Part shown: positions 19,657-27,375 of the stretch, in pieces
How positions within the stretch are numbered: position 1 is the stretch's first letter
Layout: every line of letters begins with the position of its first letter
Assembly: GCA_031430375.1 (NCBI GenBank)
Contig: JANPBJ010000149.1
Location: 16,776-80,775 of the forward strand
Direction of reading: 5' to 3'
Origin: Acidimicrobiia bacterium
Lineage (GTDB): Bacteria; Actinomycetota; Acidimicrobiia; IMCC26256; JAENVU01
Length of the DNA stretch: 64,000 nt
Position numbers and translations under genes: made by a program
Notes under the pieces: model-generated
Told to the model about the DNA's origin: nothing
The model's database searches: none
What the model saw: the letters and a program-made list of their open reading frames with translations, nothing else

Positions 19657-20634
19657 TCAGCCCGCAGCGCGCCGCACGGCATCCATCAGCCGCGCGACCT
19701 CCCGACCGTCGGCGAAGCTCGGCGTCTCGGCGCCAATCTCTCCCGAGCGGACCGCATCTCGCACGACCAGAGCCCACGCGGTCATCGCCACGAGATGCGG
19801 ATCGCGATTCCCCGAGTGGGGGCTGCTCCACTCGTCGCGCGAACCATCCCCGCATCGCATGACCACACTGCGATCCGCAACGATCTCCGCCACCGCGTGT
19901 GAGCCGGAGAGGAGGACGCGGGGTGCGACGGACGCGGCCGCCGCAAACGTGGAGTCGATCGCGACCGTTGCACCCGCATTCGTGACCAACCCGGCTCGAA
20001 ACGTGTCGTCCGCATCGCAGGGTCGGGGCTGCCCGCCAGCATCGGTACGTACAGGGATCTGAGTCTGAAGCTCGGCCCGGGTGACCACAAGATCCCCGAT
20101 CCACCAACGCAGCGTGTCGAGCGCATGGGAACCCCACGCGCCCAGCCAGCCTCCACCCGCGGCCCGTTCGAACAACCAACCCGCGGGTCGCAACGGCACC
20201 CGAGACCAGCTGCTGAAGTGGCTCCACGCGACGTGCTCGATGTCTCCGATCGTTCCCGCGCGAAGGAGTTCCCGAACGTGGACGCGCGCCGGTTCGTGAC
20301 GAAACTCGAAGTTCAACAGCGCGACCAGGCCCGTTGATTCGGCTGCGGCCACCATCCGTTCGGCGTCACCGAGGTTGCAACCAAAGGGTTTGTCGCACAG
20401 GACCGCATGCCGACCCGCCAGCGCGAGCTCCACGTGCTCCGCGTGCAGGAACGGCGGCGAATGCACCGACACGAGGTCGAGGTCCGGTCGTCGGCACAGC
20501 GCAGCCACCGCACTGGCATCGCGCGCTGAGACCACTTCCACCACGTCGCATCCGTCGGCGGCCGAGAACACCGGCGCGACCACCCGCGCGCCGAAGCCGG
20601 TGCCAATCACGCCAATGCGCAGCGCGGCACTCAT
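19657..20634 (-). CDS. Gfo/Idh/MocA family oxidoreductase
   Basis: 325 aa with the N-terminal Rossmann motif LRIGVIGTGFGARV and CDKPF. Confidence 0.8.
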   Translation of the reverse strand: MSAALRIGVIGTGFGARVVAPVFSAADGCDVVEVVSARDASAVAALCRRPDLDLVSVHSPPFLHAEHVELALAGRHAVLCDKPFGCNLGDAERMVAAAESTGLVALLNFEFRHEPARVHVRELLRAGTIGDIEHVAWSHFSSWSRVPLRPAGWLFERAAGGGWLGAWGSHALDTLRWWIGDLVVTRAELQTQIPVRTDAGGQPRPCDADDTFRAGLVTNAGATVAIDSTFAAAASVAPRVLLSGSHAVAEIVADRSVVMRCGDGSRDEWSSPHSGNRDPHLVAMTAWALVVRDAVRSGEIGAETPSFADGREVARLMDAVRRAAG

Positions 20635-20683
20635 TCGGCGAAGGTGGCCGACGGATCGGGGATGTTCGACGGCACCGGTGCGT

Positions 20684-21430
20684 TCACATCCGAGATGATC
20701 GCAGACCGGCGGCCGAGGCGGGTTCCAGGAATATGTGTGCGTGCGGCGTTCGCTGCATGATGGACGCCGGGCAGGCGGTGGTCATCGGACCTTCCAACGC
20801 GGCCGCGACCGGAACCGACTTTCGCGCGTCGGGGGCGATGACCATCACCGATCGGGCCCGGAGCAATGCGGGAATCGTGACCGTGATCGCCCGCGGCGGA
20901 ACCTGCGCCACCGTCGGGAAGTGGCCCTCGCCCACTTGTTGATTGCGGCACGCAAGATCCAGGTCGACGATCTTCACATCGAGCGGATCGGCAAAATCCG
21001 CGACGGGTGGATCGTTGAACGCGAGATGTCCATTCTCGCCGATGCCCATCACACAGAGATCCAAAGGGTTGTCGTGGAGCAGCCCCGCGTACCGAACGCA
21101 CTCGGTCTCCGTGGGCGCGAGACCGTCGATGAGATGAAAGGCCCGCGGCGACACGCGGCCCACAATCCGGTCGCGCATGTATCGAGCGAAGCTCGCCGGG
21201 TGATCGGCGCCGATCCCGACGTATTCGTCCATGTGGAATCCGATGACTCGGTCCCACTCGACTCGGCTCGACCCCACGAGCACATCGAGGAACGCCAACT
21301 GCGAGTTCCCCGATGCGAACATCACGTGCGCAACACCGCGTGCGCTCACCGCCGCCGCGATCGCTTCCACCGCGAACACCGCCGCGGCCCGTGCGAGCGC
21401 GTTCGGATCGGCCAGAACGTGGACGTTCAC
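20684..21430 (-). CDS. glucosamine-6-phosphate deaminase / 6-phosphogluconolactonase family protein (NagB-like)
   Basis: Track ORF 20684..21475. The family-consistent start is GTG 21430 (VNVHVLADPNALARAAA). Motifs FASGNSQL, GFHMDEY, MGIGENGHLAFNDP. Confidence 0.75.
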   Translation of the reverse strand: MNVHVLADPNALARAAAVFAVEAIAAAVSARGVAHVMFASGNSQLAFLDVLVGSSRVEWDRVIGFHMDEYVGIGADHPASFARYMRDRIVGRVSPRAFHLIDGLAPTETECVRYAGLLHDNPLDLCVMGIGENGHLAFNDPPVADFADPLDVKIVDLDLACRNQQVGEGHFPTVAQVPPRAITVTIPALLRARSVMVIAPDARKSVPVAAALEGPMTTACPASIMQRTPHAHIFLEPASAAGLRSSRM

Positions 21431-21437
21431 GGTTTCG

Positions 21438-22811
21438 TCACGCGAATTGCGGGAGCCACTCGGCGGTGGCGCCAAGCAGCTCGTCGGTCATGCGCTCCAA
21501 GGCCTCGAAGGCGATACGGCCCGCCAACGGGTCGGCGTGCATCGCAGCCAGGACCACGTCTCGATCCCCGGTGACGCCTGCCTCCACGGTGAGCTCCTGG
21601 GCGACCGAGACCCGGCGGAGCTGTTCGGCCAGCACCGTCGGCGCAATCGCTCGATCGCGCCCGCGCATGCCAGCACCGTCGACGGTGCAGATGCTCTCGA
21701 CCACAACGGCGTCGGGGAGGTCGGGGCATTGACCGGCGTTCGGCAGGTTGAGCGGGAGGTCCCGACGGTGACCGGTGATCAGCGAATCGATCGCGGCGGC
21801 CACCAGCTCGCCCGATGGCACCCGCGAGACCTCGGGGGTTGCGAACATCGCGTCGAGATCCGTGGCGTGCCCAACTTCAGACCGTTCGCGATCCTCGATC
21901 GTGGTGAGACGCACTCCCCACCGTTCACCCCACCCGGATTCGGCGGTGAGGAACCCGGGGAAGAACTCGGCGAGGTGACGGTCGCCCGCACCCGGGAGCG
22001 CTCCGAACCGTCGGAACAGATCGAACTTCAGGCGATTCGCGGCGATCAGATCGCCCTTGGTCCAGTGCTCACCCGGGGTCGGCTTTGCGAGGCCCAAACC
22101 TTCGGGAAGGTCCATCGCCAGCCGTTCGTCGGCGCGCCCGGGATCATCGAGGAGCTCGGCAAGGAGCTCGAAACCGTCGCGTCCTCCCACGGTGGCGCGC
22201 GTGACGATGGGAAAGTGATTGACGCCCGTGATCTCGAGATCAATGGATCGAAAGTCCACCTCGAGGAGGAGTGACAGGAGGAACTGCAACACCGTCACCT
22301 CGTGGCACAGGCCGACCGTGCGAATCGACGACTCACGCGTGACCGCGCGACAGATCGTGGTCATCGGATTCGTGATGTTGAGCATCCACGCGTCGGGACA
22401 CAGCTCCTCCATGTCCGCTGCGATACCGAGAAAGATCGGGATGTTGCGCAGCGCGCGCGTGATCCCTCCCGGACCGACCGAATCGCCGACGCTCTGCTCG
22501 ATCCCGAAACCGCGCGGGATTTCCAAGTCGTGACGCATGCTCGCGAACCCGCCGGTGGAAATGGTGACGACCACGTAGTCCGCACCGCCGAGCGCGTCAC
22601 GTTGATCGGTACTCGTGCGCACCGACAACGGGATGGACCGCCGCGCGGCCACGTGTTCCACCCACTCCGCCATCCGCGGCAACGGCGCCGGGTTGATATC
22701 GACGAGCACGATCTCGGCCCCAACCAGCGAGGGCGTGTTCGCGACGTCCACCACGAGATTGGGCACCCACTGGTAGCTCCCGCCGCCGATGACCACAATC
22801 CGCGGGCTCAC
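21438..22811 (-). CDS. glycoside hydrolase family 4 (NAD/Mn-dependent glycosidase)
   Basis: Track ORF 21438..22931. The family-typical N-terminus VSPRIVVIGGGSYQW starts at GTG 22811 with GAGG upstream (ATG 22853 is an alternative). Motifs NITNPMT and GLCHEV. Confidence 0.8.
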   Translation of the reverse strand: MSPRIVVIGGGSYQWVPNLVVDVANTPSLVGAEIVLVDINPAPLPRMAEWVEHVAARRSIPLSVRTSTDQRDALGGADYVVVTISTGGFASMRHDLEIPRGFGIEQSVGDSVGPGGITRALRNIPIFLGIAADMEELCPDAWMLNITNPMTTICRAVTRESSIRTVGLCHEVTVLQFLLSLLLEVDFRSIDLEITGVNHFPIVTRATVGGRDGFELLAELLDDPGRADERLAMDLPEGLGLAKPTPGEHWTKGDLIAANRLKFDLFRRFGALPGAGDRHLAEFFPGFLTAESGWGERWGVRLTTIEDRERSEVGHATDLDAMFATPEVSRVPSGELVAAAIDSLITGHRRDLPLNLPNAGQCPDLPDAVVVESICTVDGAGMRGRDRAIAPTVLAEQLRRVSVAQELTVEAGVTGDRDVVLAAMHADPLAGRIAFEALERMTDELLGATAEWLPQFA

Positions 22812-22851
22812 GTCAGCCTCGCTCTTGGCCCTGCCGGCCGGGCCGCTCCGC
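22812..22851 (-). repeat. leader/intercistronic element copy Z (short form), directly 5' of the GH4 start
   Basis: Sense strand reads GCGGAGCGGCCCGGCCGGCAGGGCCAAGAGCGAGGCTGAC then GTG. It shares the GCGGAGCGG box and the GGCCCGGCC...CAGGGCCAAGAG core with copies X and Y. Confidence 0.65.
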
Positions 22852-22878
22852 ATTCGGCGTGGCGTTGCCGCTGGACAC

Positions 22879-23331
22879 TCAGGATCCTTGCGATCCAGGG
22901 TCGAGGAGGGACTGCAAACCACCGTGCACATGACGAAGGTAGGCCGGACTCTCCCACGCCGCGGGGAAATGACCCAAGGCGGTTGTCAACACCCGGCCGG
23001 ATCCTTCGGAGAAACTCCAGGCGACGGGATATCCATAGGCGGGCGGTCGGGCGCCCTCCGCCGTCAGATCCAACTGTTCGACTGGGACCCGCACCAGGAT
23101 GTGCGCATCCGGTCGAAGGTCCCGAAATTGATACACCTCGTCGTGCCAACGCCACCGCGACCCGAGATGCGCCGTCGCCGGATGGCTCGCATCCACCACT
23201 TCGAGATCCACGGTCTGCGTCCAGGGATGCCCGTCGAAACGCGCGCCGACGATACGGCCGAGTCCTCCCAGCCGTGGCACGCATCGGCCGCCGCGTGGAT
23301 CGCGACGGCTTGTCGCGCGGGTGACCGCCAC
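22879..23331 (-). pseudogene. ThuA-domain protein, 5'-truncated fragment
   Basis: The 150-aa ORF carries only the C-terminal ~130 aa of a ThuA-like fold (FDGHPW...HPATAHL...DEVYQF...GRVLTTALGH...YLRHVHGGLQ). The N-terminal ~80-90 aa of the family are missing. The first ~20 codons of the ORF run into repeat copy B. Confidence 0.5.
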
Positions 23332-23505
23332 TTATCCGACAAGCGCTCGTCAGCAAGGTCGCACGGCCGCCCAAGGGCGCGGTCAGCACACCGACCCGGC
23401 GACCGTTTGTCGCCTGGGTGGCGCTCACCGATTGAATCCGCCGCCAGCTATCCGACAAACGCACCGGGGAGTGGGAGCTCCTCCACCCAAGCGTCACGTC
23501 ACTCG
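23299..23505 (-). repeat. interspersed ~100-nt repeat, locus B (two tandem units B1 and B2)
   Basis: B1 at 23299..~23375 has core 23321..23372 and hairpin CGCGAC-GGCTT-GTCGCG at 23301..23317. B2 at ~23376..23505 has box TATCCGACAAACGC at 23449..23462 and hairpin GGCGAC-CGTTT-GTCGCC at 23398..23414. Both are inverted relative to copy A. Confidence 0.8.
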
Positions 23506-23676
23506 AACGGGCTGCGTTCCGCGGAACGCATCGCCACCTGCGAACGCCCCAAGCGACACCGGCTCGATCACCACAACCGTGCGGGCCATGGTCTGACGGT
23601 TCTCCATTGCCATGAGTCCCGCAGGGAGGTCGGCAAGATCGACTTCTGGCTCGCGTGCCCGCATCGTTGCGATCAT
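23494..23676 (-). CDS. hypothetical small protein (60 aa), possibly a remnant of an MDR/zinc-dehydrogenase C-terminus
   Basis: Internal ATG of track ORF 23494..23886, preceded by a strong SD (CCGGAGGTCCCC-ATG), 14 nt after the ipdC-like stop. The peptide MIATMRAREPEVDLADLPAGLMAMENRQTMARTVVVIEP resembles the C-terminal strand of quinone-oxidoreductase-type proteins. The 3' end lies in repeat B. Confidence 0.3.
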   Translation of the reverse strand: MIATMRAREPEVDLADLPAGLMAMENRQTMARTVVVIEPVSLGAFAGGDAFRGTQPVRVT

Positions 23677-23690
23677 CGGGACCTCCGGAG

Positions 23691-24764
23691 TCAGACGGAT
23701 CCGAGGCGAGCCAAGGTTTCGGTGGCTTCGCGCATCACGCGTTCGATGATGGTGGCGACTGTGGGCAACTCGTCGACGACGCCGACTACCTGGCCGGTGG
23801 GCAACACCCCGGTGTCGAGCCGGCCGTCGACCAACGCGGCCTTCGTGAGCATCGGCGCGTTGGCGGCCATAGCCACCTGAGCCCAACTCAAGCCCTGGCT
23901 CTTCTTCATCGCGATGCCTTCTTGCGCGAGGTCACGCAGGGACCGTCCGCTCAGCGACCGGAACCGCAGCGCGTTCGCGAGTGATCGAGGCAGCGCGCTG
24001 ATCCGACCCGCTCCGTCGAGATGGTCGACGAGTTCCGTGCGGATCACGCGCTGCGGATGCCCGTCGACCTGCTTGGTAACAACGGTGTCGGTGACCGACG
24101 CTTCGAGATACCGGGCTTTCACTGCGTCGGGTACCCGGCTCTCCGCAGAGAGGAGGAACCGTGTCCCCATCGCGATCCCGGACGCTCCGTACGCGAGCGC
24201 GGCGACCAGCCCGCGACCATCGAAGAACCCACCGGCCGCGATGACCGGGATGTCGACCGCGTCACACACTTGCGGCAGGAGCAGCGAGGTCGGGACCGTC
24301 CCGGTATGCCCGCCGCCTTCCGCACCCTGGGCGATCACTGCGTCGACACCCCACTCGGCCACCTTCTCGGCGTGGCGCCGAGCGCCGACCGTCGGTATCA
24401 CAACCACTCCCTGGTCCTTGAGCGTCTTCACCAACCGCTCGCCCGGAGCCTGAGCGAAGCTCGCGACCTTCACGCCCTCTCGCACCATCAGGCCGATGCG
24501 GTCGTCGACATCCGGTTGATCCGAACGCAGGTTCACGCCGAACGGCTTGTCGGTCCGGTCCTTCACCGACGCGATCGCGGTCGTGAGTTCGGGCACGCTC
24601 ATCGTGGCGCTGGCGAGGATGCCGAGCCCACCGGCCGCACTCGTCGCCGCGGTGAGCCGGGCGCCGGCGACCCAGCCCATCCCCGTCTGGACGATCGGGA
24701 ACTCCACGCCGAACAGCTCACACGCGCGGGTATGCAACGCCGCGTTGGTCGGGCCGCCGCTCAT
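23691..24764 (-). CDS. ipdC: NMO-family FMN enoyl reductase (nitronate monooxygenase fold), IpdC-like
   Basis: 357 aa. Motifs FPIVQTGMGWVA and AQGAEGGGHTG. It is the last gene of a hydratase / CoA-transferase A / CoA-transferase B / NMO operon, the same order as M. tuberculosis Rv3550-Rv3553. Confidence 0.7.
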   Translation of the reverse strand: MSGGPTNAALHTRACELFGVEFPIVQTGMGWVAGARLTAATSAAGGLGILASATMSVPELTTAIASVKDRTDKPFGVNLRSDQPDVDDRIGLMVREGVKVASFAQAPGERLVKTLKDQGVVVIPTVGARRHAEKVAEWGVDAVIAQGAEGGGHTGTVPTSLLLPQVCDAVDIPVIAAGGFFDGRGLVAALAYGASGIAMGTRFLLSAESRVPDAVKARYLEASVTDTVVTKQVDGHPQRVIRTELVDHLDGAGRISALPRSLANALRFRSLSGRSLRDLAQEGIAMKKSQGLSWAQVAMAANAPMLTKAALVDGRLDTGVLPTGQVVGVVDELPTVATIIERVMREATETLARLGSV

Positions 24765-24813
24765 CCCTCCCCCTCTTGGCCCTGCGGGCCGGGCCGGTCA
24801 GGCCCCGCTCCGC
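24765..24813 (-). repeat. leader/intercistronic element copy X, directly 5' of the ipdC-like start
   Basis: Sense strand reads GCGGAGCGGGGCCTGACCGGCCCGGCCCGCAGGGCCAAGAGGGGGAGGG then ATG. It is 39/42 identical to copy Y over the first 42 nt. Confidence 0.8.
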
Positions 24814-24849
24814 CTGCCGGGCGCGGCCGCAGCTGCCGTACGGCGTCGC

Positions 24850-25623
24850 TCATGGGTTCGGCACTTCCTTGTCCCGGAGACCGTGCGGGTCGATGACCTC
24901 GCGGATCAGCTCGAGTTCGTCCGGGGTGGGTGCCCGGGTCTCGGGGACATCGCTCGGCATCGCGAGTTCGAACCCGGTCGCGGCCACGATGTCGTCGACG
25001 CTCACCCCGGGATGCACCGACCGCAACCGCATGTGGTGATCCTCGGTCTCGAAATCGAGTACACCAAGATTGGTCACCACATGACGCAAGCCGTGGAACC
25101 GACCCGCCGCACCCAGCTTCGCGGCCCGGTCGTATCCGACACCCGTGACCACATCCACCTTGGGCACGAACACCCGGGCTGAGTGATTGGGAATCCAGTA
25201 GCTCGTGATGTTCTGGATCGTGTTCCCAGCTGCGCCACGGAAGCCCAGTAACTGCGCCTTGGGCTGGTCCCAGTCGCCGACGAAGGCAAAGTTCTGGTTG
25301 CCGAACGCGTCGATCTGGCTGCCACCCATCATCACGTGGCGGCGACCCGACCACACCAAGTCAAACATCGAGCGATACGGATTCCACGCTTCGATCGTCT
25401 TGGGCTGATCCGTCGGACCCACCGGGTAGGGGCCGGCGATGAGCAGCGCCTCGCCGTCGGTCATGACGAGGTCGGGCGAGAAACTCGCGCGGGCCAACCG
25501 TCCCCCGATCATCGGGACGGTGCCGATCGGATTGCACAGAATCTCGCCGTCGCCGCGGAAACATTCCGCCACCGCGATCACGCAGTACTCCGCGCGGGTG
25601 ATGAGATCGTTGGTACTGCTCAT
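24850..25623 (-). CDS. ipdB: CoA-transferase subunit B (IpdB-like)
   Basis: Track ORF 24850..25788. The real start is ATG 25623 (MSSTNDLITRAEYCVIAVAECFRGDGEILCNPIGTVPMIGGRLA), typical of 3-oxoacid/glutaconate CoA-transferase beta subunits. Confidence 0.7.
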   Translation of the reverse strand: MSSTNDLITRAEYCVIAVAECFRGDGEILCNPIGTVPMIGGRLARASFSPDLVMTDGEALLIAGPYPVGPTDQPKTIEAWNPYRSMFDLVWSGRRHVMMGGSQIDAFGNQNFAFVGDWDQPKAQLLGFRGAAGNTIQNITSYWIPNHSARVFVPKVDVVTGVGYDRAAKLGAAGRFHGLRHVVTNLGVLDFETEDHHMRLRSVHPGVSVDDIVAATGFELAMPSDVPETRAPTPDELELIREVIDPHGLRDKEVPNP

Positions 25624-25676
25624 ACACCTCTCCCGCTCTTGTGCCTTCGGCACAGGCCGCTCGGGCCCCGTTCCGC
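25624..25676 (-). repeat. leader/intercistronic element copy W, between CoA-transferase A and B genes
   Basis: Sense strand reads GCGGAACGGGGCCCGAGCGGCCTGTGCCGAAGGCACAAGAGCGGGAGAGGTGT then ATG. It has the same 5' box and the same CAAGAG-SD end, with a different perfect hairpin (TGTGCC-GAA-GGCACA) in between. Confidence 0.7.
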
Positions 25677-25715
25677 TGGCGTCTTGGCTGCAAGCGTCGT
25701 TACGTTCCGCTCCAC

Positions 25716-26585
25716 TTAGGCCCCGACCACCTTCCGGTATTCGTTGTGGTCGCCGCAGTCGAGATACTTCGCCCGCCACTCGTTCCACGCTTCGGGCGTC
25801 TTCGCGCTCGCGGCGTAGGCGCGTTGGAACTCTTCGTCACGCGGGTAGTCGGGAACGCACTCGGTGAAGTGGGCGCCGTGCGGTGCCTCGATCACGCCGT
25901 CGGTCATCAAACGGTTGATCTTCAGCGACTGCACCGGTCCGCCCGCGGCCAAGTCGTCGGTGTCGACGATCTTCTCCACACTCATGAAGCGCCGATCGGC
26001 CGCCATGCAGAAGAGGTCGTCGAAATAGGGATCGACGTTGAGGTACTGACCGTTCCCGCGCCGATCGCCCCGGTGCATGTGAATCAGCGCAACATCCAGG
26101 TGCAGCGCCGGTGCGGCCACCAACTCCTCGCCGTCGTCATACGGCGAGACGACGGTGCGGATCTCGTCTTGGCGCTCGAGCAGATCGGAGCCGAGGCCCA
26201 CCCGGGTGGGGATGAATGGCACCCGCCACGCCGCGGCCTGCAGACCGAGCAGGAACATTCCCTCATCCATTTCGAGGGTGGAAACCGCACCGGCCTGACG
26301 CGCCTTCCGGAAATGCGGTTCGAGCGCGATCGAGTCGAGCGAGCAAAACGCGTAGACGGCCTTGCGCACCTTGCCGGTGGCGCACAACAAGCCGAGATCG
26401 GGGCCGCCGTAGGACACGACCGTGAGGTCTTTGACATCGCTCTGCGCGATCGCTCGCACGAGGCTCATCGGCTTCCGGCGTGAGCCCCAGCCGCCGATGC
26501 CGATCGTCATACCGTCGAGGAGCTCGGCGACCACATCCGCTTCGGTGACAACTTTCGAGGACGGCTGCGCCAAGGTGAGACTCAC
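25716..26585 (-). CDS. ipdA: CoA-transferase subunit A (IpdA-like)
   Basis: 289 aa. The GTG start overlaps the upstream stop (GTGA). Sequence DGMTIGIGGWGSRRKP, a typical alpha-subunit glycine-rich loop. Confidence 0.7.
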   Translation of the reverse strand: MSLTLAQPSSKVVTEADVVAELLDGMTIGIGGWGSRRKPMSLVRAIAQSDVKDLTVVSYGGPDLGLLCATGKVRKAVYAFCSLDSIALEPHFRKARQAGAVSTLEMDEGMFLLGLQAAAWRVPFIPTRVGLGSDLLERQDEIRTVVSPYDDGEELVAAPALHLDVALIHMHRGDRRGNGQYLNVDPYFDDLFCMAADRRFMSVEKIVDTDDLAAGGPVQSLKINRLMTDGVIEAPHGAHFTECVPDYPRDEEFQRAYAASAKTPEAWNEWRAKYLDCGDHNEYRKVVGA

Positions 26586-27343
26586 TTGGTGACGTCCGTG
26601 TCGCGCTTGGCGACGAAGGCGTCGCGGTGTTCGTCGGCCACGCCGGAGAGATTCAGCTCGAACGTGAACCCTTGCTCGAATCGATAGGAACGCTTCACGT
26701 CGATCGGGTCGATGCCATTGAGAGACTCCTTCGCGGCGCGGATAACGGTGGGACTCTTCGCGGCAATGTCGCCCGCCACCGCGAACGCGGCGTCACGCAA
26801 CTCCGCGAGGGGCACCACCTGCAGCACCGAGCCGAAATGATGCAGCTCCTGTGCGGTGATCGTGGCTGCGGTGTACACCATCGCTCGCATGCGGTGTTGG
26901 GGAACGAGGCGCGCCAGGTGGGTGGCCGCGCCCAACGCACCCCGATCCACCTCAGGGAGACCGAAGGTGGCGTCGTCACTGGCTATCACGATGTCGGCGT
27001 TGCCCACCAGGCCAACACCACCGCCGAGGCAGAAGCCGTTGACCGCGGCAATCACCGGTACCGCGCACTCGTAGACCGCGGCGAAGGCCGCGACGCACCC
27101 CCGGTTCGCGCCGATCAGGGCATCGAACCCCTCGGTGTTCTGCATCTCTTTGATGTCCACCCCGGCGTTGAAGCCACGGCCCTCGGCTCGCAGCACCACC
27201 ACGTGCACGGCCGGATCCTCACCGAGCGCACGGATCATCCGCGCCAGTTCGAACCAGCCGGCCACGTTCAGGGCGTTCACCGGCGGGTTGTCCATCACCA
27301 CCTCGGCAATGCCGGCAGCGTCGACGATTTGGGTGATCGGCAT
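26582..27343 (-). CDS. echA20: enoyl-CoA hydratase/isomerase (crotonase fold), EchA20-like
   Basis: 253 aa. Motifs NPPVNAL, RAEGRGFNAGVDIKEM, AAVNGFCLGGGVGL. First gene of the ipd-like operon. Confidence 0.65.
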   Translation of the reverse strand: MPITQIVDAAGIAEVVMDNPPVNALNVAGWFELARMIRALGEDPAVHVVVLRAEGRGFNAGVDIKEMQNTEGFDALIGANRGCVAAFAAVYECAVPVIAAVNGFCLGGGVGLVGNADIVIASDDATFGLPEVDRGALGAATHLARLVPQHRMRAMVYTAATITAQELHHFGSVLQVVPLAELRDAAFAVAGDIAAKSPTVIRAAKESLNGIDPIDVKRSYRFEQGFTFELNLSGVADEHRDAFVAKRDTDVTK

Positions 27344-27375
27344 GGGCGCACCCCAGAGAAAAGAGGGAAGAGTTT

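Noticed and set aside
22812-22853. Alternative ATG start at 22853 for the GH4 gene, which would make leader copy Z coding sequence.
   Set aside because: GH4 enzymes begin only a few residues before the (K/R)I-x-x-IGxGS Rossmann strand. GTG 22811 gives exactly that, with GAGG upstream. The 14 extra residues (MRSGPAGRAKSEAD) are low-complexity, and the same nucleotide motif is clearly non-coding at the other three loci.
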